From NCBI GenBank assembly GCA_963753345.1, contig CAVWBU010000026.1, forward strand, positions 32,001 through 96,000: DNA of 64,000 nucleotides. The letters are read 5' to 3'. Under the pieces are notes generated by a model that did not search any database, had not been told where the DNA came from, and saw nothing but the letters and a program-made list of their open reading frames with translations. Source of the stretch: an uncultured Fibrobacterota bacterium. GTDB taxonomy: Bacteria > Fibrobacterota > Chitinivibrionia > Chitinivibrionales > FEN-1185. How positions within the stretch are numbered: position 1 is the first letter of the stretch; each line of letters opens with the position of its first letter. Both the position numbers and the translations under genes were made by a program. Below, piece after piece: positions 31,693 to 41,224 of this stretch.

Positions 31693-33207
31693 CTACTCTT
31701 GAGGTGCAAGCGGCTGGCGGCCCAGTTTGATTGAAATAAGTTCGGGTCGCTTGTAGTGGATTATGGAGAGAAGGCCCACAAAGAGGAACCCGGACGCATA
31801 CAGCACCAGGAACGGACTCACCAGCGCATTTGAAAAGCCGATGAACACCCACAGGCCGGCGAGGCAGTAGAGGCCGAAAAAGAGCTCTATGATCCAGGTA
31901 ATGTCCTTGAGCGGCCGGTATGATGTTTTGACGGCCTGGCCCTTCTTGGGAGTGCGGAGAAAATCCGAGTCTTTGTGGAACAGCGCCTCGAGCACGGCCT
32001 TGGCGTTGTTGACGGCCAGCCCGGTGCCGATAAGCATCATGGCGGGGATGAGAAGAATTTTGCGCCGCACCTTGTTGCCCAAATAATGCTGGGAGATCAT
32101 GTACATGCTGGCCGGGCCGCTGGTGGCGAGGATCATCGCGCTGATGACGCAGGCCAGAAGCACGGGGTGCATGTACACCTTGACAAAGAACAAAACCGGC
32201 GTGGTGAGAAACGCGAGCATGAGCATGAGCGGGTGCACCGTGTAATGGGTCAGGTGAAGGACCGCTTGGAAGAACTTGAAGTACGAAAGTTTTTTTGCCC
32301 GAAGCATGGGAATAATCTTAAGCGCGGTCTGGATGGAGCCTTTGGCCCACCTGAACTGCTGGTTCTTGAAAGCGTTGATGTCTTCGGGGAGTTCCGCGGG
32401 AACCTCGAGGTCGGGCACGTATTCGGTCTCCCAGTCCTTCAGCTGCATCCGGTAGGACAGGTCCATGTCTTCGGTGAGTGTATCGTGGTGCCAGCCGCCG
32501 CTCGATACAATAGCCTCGCGGCGGAACACACCCGCCGTGCCGTTGAAATTCATGAACAGCCCGTTCCAGCTCCTCGCGGCCTGCTCCACCATGAAATGAC
32601 CGTCTATGCCCATTGCCTGGCCGCGCGTGATGAGAGAAGCCTTGCTGTTGAGGTGCGCCCAGCGTCCCTGGACAAGCCCGAGCTTGGGCCGGTTGATAAA
32701 GAAGCAGATCGACTTCTTGAGAAAATCCGGATTGGGAACAAAGTCGGCGTCGAAGATCGCGACGAATTCGGCATTTGTCAACGTTAGGCCGTACTGCAGG
32801 GCGCCGGCCTTGAAACCGATCCGGTTGGTGCGCCGCACCACGGAGACGTTGTGGCCTTTCGCCCGGAGGTCCGCGACCGTCCTGTCCACAAGTGCTCTTG
32901 TTTCGTCCGTGCTGTCATCGAGGACCTGGATCTCGTGCTTGGAGCGGGGATAATCCATGGCTGCCGCGGCTTCTATGATCCGTTTCGCCACGGTCTTTTC
33001 GTTGTACATGGGAAGCTGGGTTACCACCAGCGGATATTGCTCTTCATCCGCAATGGTATCGAAATAGGTCATTCTTGCGCGCTGAAAGCTGAGCCGGGAG
33101 TTCCGTTTCTTGAGGTACAGGTATGTCAGGATGTAGCATTGCGCGCCGTAGGCGAGCAGTCCGAGGGAGCAGACAACGTACAGCGAACACACGATTGCTG
33201 GAATCAT
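31693..33207 (-). CDS. Processive GT2 glycosyltransferase (cellulose synthase-like/CslA-like)
   Basis: QVLDDSTD, FDADF, TEDMDL, QQFRWAKG plus TM helices. Confidence 0.92.
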   Translation of the reverse strand: MIPAIVCSLYVVCSLGLLAYGAQCYILTYLYLKKRNSRLSFQRARMTYFDTIADEEQYPLVVTQLPMYNEKTVAKRIIEAAAAMDYPRSKHEIQVLDDSTDETRALVDRTVADLRAKGHNVSVVRRTNRIGFKAGALQYGLTLTNAEFVAIFDADFVPNPDFLKKSICFFINRPKLGLVQGRWAHLNSKASLITRGQAMGIDGHFMVEQAARSWNGLFMNFNGTAGVFRREAIVSSGGWHHDTLTEDMDLSYRMQLKDWETEYVPDLEVPAELPEDINAFKNQQFRWAKGSIQTALKIIPMLRAKKLSYFKFFQAVLHLTHYTVHPLMLMLAFLTTPVLFFVKVYMHPVLLACVISAMILATSGPASMYMISQHYLGNKVRRKILLIPAMMLIGTGLAVNNAKAVLEALFHKDSDFLRTPKKGQAVKTSYRPLKDITWIIELFFGLYCLAGLWVFIGFSNALVSPFLVLYASGFLFVGLLSIIHYKRPELISIKLGRQPLAPQE

Positions 33208-33385
33208 AGAGTTCTACCTGCTTGGTGAATATGAATAATAGTAAGGTACCATCCGGCTGCGCTCACAGAGCACCAAGGATTTAAGACGGAATAATATAAT
33301 ATATTGATAATTAGGGCACCAAGACAGAATACACTCTAAAATAAATTCAAAGGACGGCGTGTACCAACGAAAAAATGAGGTATTC

Positions 33386-35437
33386 CTACCGGACGGTCTG
33401 GCTGGCCTTGCCGCCAAACAGGCCGTCGATTTCGTTCCGGATTTCACGGAACAGCCCTGCGTCGCGGAGCATGTCGGCCAGTCGCAGGTCCTCCCATCCG
33501 CTCTGGCGGAACCCGCTCACCTCGCCCGGACCGCGCATGAGCAGGTCCTGCTCGGCAATCTCGAACCCGTTGTGGTGGGAACAGAAATAGGAGAGGCGCG
33601 AATGAGCCGGAGAGCCTTCTGCCGCGTTTGCGAGAAGAAAGCAATAGGATTTCGCGTGAGACCTGCCCACCCTGCCGCGCAGCTGGTGCAGCTGGGACAG
33701 GCCGAACCGCTCCGCGTTTTCCACCACAAGTATTGTCGCGCCGGGAACGTCTATCCCCACTTCGACGATGGTGGTTGACACAAGCACCTTGACGTCTCCC
33801 GCGGCGAACCGGGCCATGGCCTTTTCCCGCTCGGCCGGGCTCATGGCGCCGTGGACCAGCGCCATTGCAACTTCGGAGAGCGGGCCGCTTTGCAGGGAAT
33901 CGAGGACTGCGTACACGTCCCGGAGCTCCGGGCCCTCGTCAGAACCGTCGCAGCTCTCTATGCGCGGGGCGACGCAGAACGCCTGGCCGCTTCGTTCCCG
34001 TATTTCGTTCAGGATGAACTTTTCCATATCGGAACGCCTGTTGTCCGGCACAAGATGGGTGCTCACGGGCAGCCGGCCGGCAGGCGCCGATTCTATCGAC
34101 ACCACGTCAAGGTCGCCGTACAGCGTCTTGGCGAGGGTCTGCGGGATGGGCGTGGCCGACATCACGAGCATGTCCGCGGCTGGGTCCTTTTCCGCGAGGC
34201 AAAGGCGCTGCTCGGCGCCGAACTTGTGCTGTTCGTCAATCACGATCATGCCGAGCTTTGAAAATTTCACCTGCGGCGACAGGAGCGCATGCGTTCCCAC
34301 AACGAACCGTATACTCCCGCCCGAAAGCCCGCTTCCGATGCGCCTGCGTTCATCCGGGGCCGTTTGGCCGAGAAAGATCTCCGGCCGAATGCCCACGCCC
34401 GCAAGCATGCCGGAAAGCGTTTCGTGCGTCTGGCGGGCGAGGATCTCGGTGGGCGTGAGCCACGCGACCTGCATGCCTTCGCTCAACGCAGGCAGGCACG
34501 CGAGGAACGCGACCACCGTCTTGCCTGACCCCACGTCGCCCTGCAGGAGACGGTGCATGCGGTGCGGGGACGCGGCGTCGGCGAGAAGCACGGCAAGCGC
34601 CTTTTCCTGGTCCTGGGTAAGCGAAAAGGGAAGGGCTGCAACCGCCTTTGCGAAAAGGGAACCCGGCCTCATGGACCGGCCGGGGAGCGCGAACGTGCGC
34701 TTGCTCCACCGCAGCGTTATAGCAAGGCGGTACAGCTCTTCGTACACCAGCCGGCCGCGGAACGCGTCGAGGTTCTGCGGGCTGGACGGCAGGTGCATCT
34801 CGCGGATGCATTTGTCAAGGGGCGGAAAGCCGCGCTTCTGCTCGATGACGCGCGGGAGCAGCTGGGGATAGTGCTGGACATTGGTAAGCGCCCACAGCTC
34901 GGCCTTCTGCATCACCTTCTGGTGAATGCCGGCCTCTTTCATGGCAAGGGTGAGGGAATACACCGGCATATACACGATGGCCGGCGCGGCCGCGTTTTCG
35001 CCCAGTCGCTCCACGGACGGATGGATCATCTGCACGCCGGTGTGAAACGAGACGGTGCCGGTGCACAGCACGCGCTGCCCGGTGCTCAGGGTCTTGCGCA
35101 GAAAGGGGATGCCGGCGAACCAGAGCGCCTCCATGCTGCCCGAGTTGTCGGTGAGGCGGATGCGCAGCCGGGGCCGGCGTCCGCGCTCGACCCGCGACAC
35201 GGTGATGACGGCGATGACATTGACAACAGAGCCGATTGCCTTGGCGCATTCGGCAACCGGCGTCACCACGGAGCGGTCGACGTAGCGCAGCGGGAAGCGG
35301 TTCAGAAGGTCGCCCAGCGTGAAGATGCCGGCGTCGTTGAGCGCCGCAACACGTTTTTCGCCCAGCCCGGCCACGGCGCTTACAGGCGAAAGAAAATCCA
35401 GGCGGGTGTCGATGGAGCGGGTCATGCGCATCTGCAA
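33386..35437 (-). CDS. recG: ATP-dependent DNA helicase RecG
   Basis: LLQGDVGSGKT, DEQH, MSATPIP, QLHQLRGRVGR, TRG motif. Confidence 0.97.
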   Translation of the reverse strand: MQMRMTRSIDTRLDFLSPVSAVAGLGEKRVAALNDAGIFTLGDLLNRFPLRYVDRSVVTPVAECAKAIGSVVNVIAVITVSRVERGRRPRLRIRLTDNSGSMEALWFAGIPFLRKTLSTGQRVLCTGTVSFHTGVQMIHPSVERLGENAAAPAIVYMPVYSLTLAMKEAGIHQKVMQKAELWALTNVQHYPQLLPRVIEQKRGFPPLDKCIREMHLPSSPQNLDAFRGRLVYEELYRLAITLRWSKRTFALPGRSMRPGSLFAKAVAALPFSLTQDQEKALAVLLADAASPHRMHRLLQGDVGSGKTVVAFLACLPALSEGMQVAWLTPTEILARQTHETLSGMLAGVGIRPEIFLGQTAPDERRRIGSGLSGGSIRFVVGTHALLSPQVKFSKLGMIVIDEQHKFGAEQRLCLAEKDPAADMLVMSATPIPQTLAKTLYGDLDVVSIESAPAGRLPVSTHLVPDNRRSDMEKFILNEIRERSGQAFCVAPRIESCDGSDEGPELRDVYAVLDSLQSGPLSEVAMALVHGAMSPAEREKAMARFAAGDVKVLVSTTIVEVGIDVPGATILVVENAERFGLSQLHQLRGRVGRSHAKSYCFLLANAAEGSPAHSRLSYFCSHHNGFEIAEQDLLMRGPGEVSGFRQSGWEDLRLADMLRDAGLFREIRNEIDGLFGGKASQTVR

Positions 35438-35519
35438 AAATAAATCGCCCCGGTAGACTAATTATACATAGTTGGGCGCGGTTTGCGAAAATATGGGGAA
35501 AGTATATTTATTCAGGATA

Positions 35520-38500
35520 ATGCAAGAATTCACCGCAAAGGCGCAAAGACCGCAAAGGAATACTACGTTTAAAACAGGATTCCTGTTACTCCTAGCAGCA
35601 AGCGCCGCATTGTGCGCAAGCGTGGACACGGTGATCATTGCCGACGGCGGCCCGGGCCCGTACAGGCTCGGCAGGTACTTTATCGACACGTCGTCGATAA
35701 AGTTGTCTTTGTCAAGCCCTCCCGTCAAGGACAGCGCCGGCCGGGTCCGCGCCGATTCGCTGTACGTTCCGTCGTACCGGTTCATCGACGAGGTTAACGC
35801 GCTCCTGTTCTCCGAGCCGCTTGCCAAAGGAAGCAGGCTGCGCGTGCGGTTCGCCACGTTCAACTTCGGCATGCCCCGCATCTATTCCCTGTTTGATAAG
35901 CGCTTCGCCGGTTCGCGCGACACGATGGTGATTATCCGCGACTCGCTGTTCAAGGTGAAGGCGAACGAATTCGCCGAGGAGAACGTGATGCTGAGCGGTT
36001 ACAAGAGCATCAACGTGTCGGTGGGAACCGGCGGCGCCATGAACCTGGAGCAGGCGCTCGACGTGAGCCTGTCCGGCGAAGTGGCGCCGCAGACCGTGCT
36101 GTCGGGGCACCTTACCGACCAGGGCACCACCATCGAGGGAACGCGCGAGCTGTCCGATTTCGACAGGATCTATGTCGCGCTTGACAATCCTCGGTATTCG
36201 CTCATGGTGGGCGACCAGTACGTTTACTGGCCGGTCGCGGGCGGCATCTTCTCCGGCGACCAGAAGAAGCTCACCGGCATTTCCGCGACCTACCGCGGAG
36301 GCTCTGCCTCGGCGAAAACGGGCCTGAACGGCATCGCGTCGTCGCGCATCGAGGTGAAGGCGTTCGGCGCCGTGGCCGGCGGCAAATACACCATCCAGAC
36401 CATCAAAGGCAGGGCAGCGCTCCAGGGCCCCTACTACCTTACGGGCGAGGGCGAGCAGGGCTTTATCCTGCCCATACGGAGTTCGGTTTCGCTTACGGTA
36501 AACGGGGAAAAACGCGCCGAAGGCGATGGCGCAGACTACACCGTGGACTACGAGCTGGGAACCATCACCTTTACGCCCAAGACCCTTATTCAGGACAACG
36601 ACATCATCCGCGTGGAATACCAGTACCGGCTTTTCGACTACCAGCGCACGCTCGTGGGCGCGAACGTGACCGCTGCGCTGCCCGATTCCTCGGTGAAGGT
36701 GGACGGCGGCATCTGGTACGAGGCCGACGACAAGAACCAGCCGCTCGACAATTCCATTTCCGCAAGCGACCTGGCGCTCATGGCGCAGTCGGGCGACTCG
36801 GCGCCGCAGCACCCGAGCGGCCGCGCCATTTTGGCCGTGGAAGTCCCGCAGGAGAGCCGCCTGCGGCCGCTGTACATGCTCAATCCGCAGGGCCGCTATG
36901 TCTTTACGCAATACAATCCCAACACGCCGGCGCTGGACACGGGGTTCTACGCGGTGTGGTTCCGGGAGGTGGGCCAGGGCAACGGCGCCTACACGGTGGA
37001 TCAGGATTCCACCGGCGCCCATCCCGAGCTGCACGCGCAGATTTACAAATTCGTGGGCCAGGGGCTGGGCACCGCCACCGATTCCACAGCCGTTCCCCTT
37101 CCGCAAGGAATCGTCAACGGAGAAATCCGCGTGGCGCTTGCGCCCCACAAATGGGTGTCGGCCGCGCTCGACGCCGCGGGCACCAACGTGGACAAGAACC
37201 TGGCGTCGACCAAGGACGACAACGACGACGCCGGCTCGGCGACCAACGCGCGGCTCCTGCTCGGCAGGCATTCGATTGACCAGCGCTCGCTCTGGCTTTC
37301 CGGCTACCACCTGTATGTGACGCCGAATTTCACGCGCGAGGTGGTGAGCACCTACGAAGGCGGCAGCGCGTGGGACGACACGAGCGCGGACATGCGGTCG
37401 GGCCTGCGCCAGGCGTGGCAGGGAAGCGCCGGAGGTACCGTTCTGCCCGGAACCTGGGCCGAAATATCGTACGGCCAGCTCAGGCACGACAACGAGCTCC
37501 ACACCGACCGGATTTCCGGGACCGCGCAGGCGACCGTGTTCAAATACTATTCGCTTGAGTACCAGGGCAGCCTGTTCCGCCATTTTTTGTGGGGCGAGAA
37601 CACGAGGCGCGACGACCTCGACGCCAGGTTCAAGCTCTTCTCCGTCGACTGCGACCTTGTAGGCCGCGATGAATGGCGCATGTTCCAGGCCTCCGGCAAC
37701 CGCGGCGATGCGGGCGCGGGCGCAAGCCTGTCGTGGGCCCCCTGGCTGCTCAAGGAGTCGGTGTTTTACGATCTTCACAGAAAGGGAGACGGCGGAGAGC
37801 TGGCCGCGCAGGACACGGGCAGGTCGCTCACGTGGGACCAGTCGTTTTCGCACTCGATCACGCCCGCGTGGAAAGTTGACGCGACAAGCCATTACCTCGA
37901 CCTTGACATTTTCGACAGCTCGCGCACCTCGGCCGTGCTGGTGACCGCGGCAAGCGACGTGTCGCTGCCCAAGAACGGCTTTTCATCGCACCAGGAATAC
38001 AGGATAAACGTGGAAAAAGCCTCCACTTACCAGACCGGGGCGGTGTATGCGGGGCCGGGCCGCGGGGACGCCGTGTGGAGCGATTCCCTCCACACCTATA
38101 TTCCCAAGCAGAACGGCGATTACCTCCTGCAGCAGCACGAGCTGTACGACTCGGCCGGCAACGAACGCGTACGCAAGACCCGGCTGCTGGTCAACTGGTC
38201 GTTCTCTCCCGTTAAGAAGCGGGGAACCGGAATCCTGCGCGACCTGTCGTGGCTCGGGTCGCTGTCCTGTGAGGAACACCTGTCGCTTGCGCATCCGCAG
38301 CCCGCCGCGTCCTGGGTGCCCGGCTACGTGTCGCTCTTTTCCAAGAACGGGCTCGGCGACACCGCGAGCCTCCGGTTTTCCGATTTGTCGTACCGCCAGA
38401 ACGTGGAATGGTCGCCCGACAGTCTCAAGGGCGTCCACGGCAAGCTGTACGCCGAGCCCTTCGCGAAAAAGCTGGTTGACTATTACGAAAGCGGCGTGGA

Positions 38501-39005
38501 CTGGGGAGCGGGCCTCGACCGGACGCGCGAGCCCTGGACCGTGGGCGCGGACGGCGCCATGCTTTCCGCGTGGCGGCACGGGCTGCTTGACTACAACGAA
38601 TACGCGCTTGCCGACCGGCACGCGGTCGTCACCGAAAAATACAGCATTATCAGGCCGCTTGCGCTGTATGTAAAGGAGGCGGGCGGCTGGGCCCAGCAGA
38701 CCGGCATTGCGGCCGCGCAGGGATGGTACTACCGGGTTGTCCCGGGCGTGCAGTGGCAGGTGTTCGGCAAGGGTACGGTGGATGTTTCCTACACGTATTC
38801 GTCTGTGGGCATCAACGGCATTGTGGACCCGCGCATCGCGCAGGGATTTACAAGCGGGATCAGCCACACCATCGAGGCGACCGGCCACGTGGACTTCGCC
38901 TCGCATTTCAGCCTCGACCTCAGGTACCACGGGGAGCTGGGAAGGAACTATTACAATTCGACGGGCCTGCATGTGCTGTCAATGCAAATGAAAGCTTACT
39001 TGTAA
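35520..39005 (+). CDS. Large exported protein, probably outer membrane (about 1160 aa)
   Basis: Signal peptide, DYTVDYELGTITF motif, beta-strand C-terminus ending KAYL. Confidence 0.75.
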   Translation: MQEFTAKAQRPQRNTTFKTGFLLLLAASAALCASVDTVIIADGGPGPYRLGRYFIDTSSIKLSLSSPPVKDSAGRVRADSLYVPSYRFIDEVNALLFSEPLAKGSRLRVRFATFNFGMPRIYSLFDKRFAGSRDTMVIIRDSLFKVKANEFAEENVMLSGYKSINVSVGTGGAMNLEQALDVSLSGEVAPQTVLSGHLTDQGTTIEGTRELSDFDRIYVALDNPRYSLMVGDQYVYWPVAGGIFSGDQKKLTGISATYRGGSASAKTGLNGIASSRIEVKAFGAVAGGKYTIQTIKGRAALQGPYYLTGEGEQGFILPIRSSVSLTVNGEKRAEGDGADYTVDYELGTITFTPKTLIQDNDIIRVEYQYRLFDYQRTLVGANVTAALPDSSVKVDGGIWYEADDKNQPLDNSISASDLALMAQSGDSAPQHPSGRAILAVEVPQESRLRPLYMLNPQGRYVFTQYNPNTPALDTGFYAVWFREVGQGNGAYTVDQDSTGAHPELHAQIYKFVGQGLGTATDSTAVPLPQGIVNGEIRVALAPHKWVSAALDAAGTNVDKNLASTKDDNDDAGSATNARLLLGRHSIDQRSLWLSGYHLYVTPNFTREVVSTYEGGSAWDDTSADMRSGLRQAWQGSAGGTVLPGTWAEISYGQLRHDNELHTDRISGTAQATVFKYYSLEYQGSLFRHFLWGENTRRDDLDARFKLFSVDCDLVGRDEWRMFQASGNRGDAGAGASLSWAPWLLKESVFYDLHRKGDGGELAAQDTGRSLTWDQSFSHSITPAWKVDATSHYLDLDIFDSSRTSAVLVTAASDVSLPKNGFSSHQEYRINVEKASTYQTGAVYAGPGRGDAVWSDSLHTYIPKQNGDYLLQQHELYDSAGNERVRKTRLLVNWSFSPVKKRGTGILRDLSWLGSLSCEEHLSLAHPQPAASWVPGYVSLFSKNGLGDTASLRFSDLSYRQNVEWSPDSLKGVHGKLYAEPFAKKLVDYYESGVDWGAGLDRTREPWTVGADGAMLSAWRHGLLDYNEYALADRHAVVTEKYSIIRPLALYVKEAGGWAQQTGIAAAQGWYYRVVPGVQWQVFGKGTVDVSYTYSSVGINGIVDPRIAQGFTSGISHTIEATGHVDFASHFSLDLRYHGELGRNYYNSTGLHVLSMQMKAYL

Positions 39006-39033
39006 TTGTCAAGATTGGAAGAAAGAGGGTTCT

Positions 39034-39165
39034 TGGTGGGGGAAGCGTCCCCCTCGCTCCGGCCTCCTCGGCCTTCGGCCTGCGGTGTCCTGCGCTACCC
39101 CCTCGTGGGTAGCCCCCAACAAAGTTGATTTGCAAGAAAGAAACCTCGGCTGCGGGGGCACAGAG
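39034..39165 (-). repeat. Structured repeat family B, copy 3
   Basis: Reverse complement shares TACCCACGAGGGGGTAGCGCAGGAC exactly with copy 1. Confidence 0.85.
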
Positions 39166-39272
39166 AAAAGTAGTTGAGGAGTTGAGGAGTTGGACTCCAA
39201 GAAGAAACCTCTACTGATATTCTGCGGATACCGATTGGCGCGAGAAGAAGTGATTGACTGAATAGAATTCCG

Positions 39273-39331
39273 TTGCCGCACGCCAGGCAGGACCGGAGGG
39301 AGGGCCGCCGACGCGAAGCGGCGGGGCGCCC
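39273..39331 (-). repeat. Structured repeat family A, copy 5 (internally deleted)
   Basis: GGGCGCCCCGCCGCTTCGCGTCGGCGGCCCTCCCTCCGGTCCTGCCTGGCGT equals the two ends of copy 2 joined. Confidence 0.85.
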
Positions 39332-39434
39332 AACTCTTCTTATTCTTGTGAATTTGATAGCCTCTTTAGCAATTGCCCTTACTCTCAAACCCGATATATT
39401 TTATAGCGCTTTTGCAATTCGACCGCACGCACAT

Positions 39435-39506
39435 GGGCTAGTAACTCAGCGGTAGAGTATCGCCCTTTTAAGGCGAGAGTCGTGGGTTCAAATCCCGCCT
39501 AGCTCA
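39435..39506 (+). tRNA. tRNA-Lys (anticodon TTT), CCA not encoded
   Basis: Cloverleaf: GGGCTAG/CTAGCTC, TCGCC-CTTTTAA-GGCGA, TTCAAAT. Confidence 0.97.
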
Positions 39507-39512
39507 TTTATC

Positions 39513-39558
39513 AAAAAGCCCTTTTCTCCAGCAAATTTGTAGGGAGAAGGGCTTTTTT
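39513..39558 (+). terminator. Intrinsic terminator after tRNA-Lys
   Basis: AAAAAGCCCTTTTCTCC...GGAGAAGGGCTTTTTT. Confidence 0.75.
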
Positions 39559-39798
39559 CGTTTCTCGCCACATTTCACGAAATATTGCGAACATTGATAT
39601 ACTGGACCAATGGAATTACACAACCATCTTCACCAAGATACCCGCGGGTGGTATAGCGGACGACGGCGGCTCCAAATTGGCAGACCAAAAACTACCAAGA
39701 AGTATCACGGCTCGGCGCAGGGGTGGTGAAACTGGTCGCGGGTTTTCAATGGATGATTGGGGTACCAGACCCAATGAATCACCCATAATTTTTGCTAT

Positions 39799-39990
39799 TT
39801 ACGGGTTCCCGATTTTCTCCAACAGGATTCCGTGATACGGTTTTTGCCCGGCTGAAATCCGTTTCCCCCTTACGTCATAATAAATCCCGTCTTCTCTCAT
39901 CTGTTTGCCGTCCAGAATAATCACCGCATGCCGGTTAATAGGCGCAAGCGGCGTTCGTGCCACAGCCGGGGTTCTCAGAAAACCGGGCCC
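39799..39990 (-). pseudogene. Orphan C-terminal secretion-domain remnant
   Basis: IILDGK...IYYDVRGKRI...YHGILL resembles a CTD; no catalytic domain or signal peptide upstream. Confidence 0.4.
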
Positions 39991-40203
39991 CGGACCCGCA
40001 CGACAGGGCGTACCGGAGCTTGGCGCGATTTTTGGGCCCTTTCCGTGCGTGTAAATATATTGTCCGTTACATGAACGTATAACGGATAATGGCCTCATTC
40101 CCACCGTTTTCCGGTTAAGAACGGACATGGGGGTTTATATTACCTTCAAGCAGCCGAAATCGCGAAACAATCTTTTGTCGTCAATTTAAAGAAGGAGAGG
40201 TGT

Positions 40204-41199
40204 ATGAAGAAATTTTTCTCTGCTGTAGCTCTGTTGTCTTTTTTCTTTGCTGCGATCTCCGTTTCTGCTCAAACAGTGCCGCCCACGGCATGGCCTCATG
40301 GCGGCAAGTACGGTTTTGGCACCCGATATTACTACCTGCATAACTACACGGCAAAAGACCTGATTGTCAAATTTACCGGGGCTATTGGGTCTCCGGTAAA
40401 AGACACTTTCATGTTGAATGCGGGAAAAGACACAATATGGAATGTCTCGAACAATTGGGGGGCTGCGAGGGTCTGGGCATATTGGGATCCTAAGTTTTAT
40501 AATGGGCCTTATACTCTCGCCGAGATCACACAGCGGGGATATCAGGGTTCCGATTGGTACGATGTAAGCCTGGTTGACGGGTATAACCTGCCCATGATAT
40601 ATAAACCAGTGCCCGGCACATACATCGATAGTACTCCGTTGAACCAAGGTTGGGCTCCCCAACAAATGTGCGGGACGGCTGGTTGTCTTACTGACATGTA
40701 TCGAGCATGCCCGAAGGCAGATTTAATACTGAATGCAGCTGGAGACACAGAGGCTTGTGCTTGCCAAGACGATTCCACTTGCCGCAAAATGAAAAAGACC
40801 GCCTGTCCGCTCGCCTATAGTTATTCCGTTGACGACTTCACAAGTATAATGCGGTGCCCATCGCCAACGTTACCCGATACTATAGGGCCCGACTATATTC
40901 TCGACTTCGGCTTTCCTCCCACAGAGTCGGTCAGCAGGGAACCGACAATCAACTACAGTTTCGTTGATGCCTTGGCAGTGACTATGACAAGACGCGGCGA
41001 ATTGAAATACACGTATAACGGCGCCTCCACAAGCGCCCGGCTAGCACTGTATTCCTGCAATGGAAAATTGGTGGCCGAGGCCGCCCTCACTGGATCTTAC
41101 GGGACCATTCATGTGCCTGCTCTGGCACGAGGATTATATTTTGTGGCGCTTTCAACCGGCGAATTCGTAACAACGGCGCGGATGTTGGTTGTCAGATGA
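40204..41199 (+). CDS. Secreted thaumatin-like protein (putative beta-1,3-glucan binding/hydrolase) with CTD
   Basis: TLAEIT, WYDVSLVDGYNLPM, CPLAYSYSVDD, Cys-rich; signal peptide; LYSCNGK...LARGLYFV tail. Confidence 0.9.
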   Translation: MKKFFSAVALLSFFFAAISVSAQTVPPTAWPHGGKYGFGTRYYYLHNYTAKDLIVKFTGAIGSPVKDTFMLNAGKDTIWNVSNNWGAARVWAYWDPKFYNGPYTLAEITQRGYQGSDWYDVSLVDGYNLPMIYKPVPGTYIDSTPLNQGWAPQQMCGTAGCLTDMYRACPKADLILNAAGDTEACACQDDSTCRKMKKTACPLAYSYSVDDFTSIMRCPSPTLPDTIGPDYILDFGFPPTESVSREPTINYSFVDALAVTMTRRGELKYTYNGASTSARLALYSCNGKLVAEAALTGSYGTIHVPALARGLYFVALSTGEFVTTARMLVVR

Positions 41200-41224
41200 A
41201 ATTGTTCGGTAACGTAACCAATGA

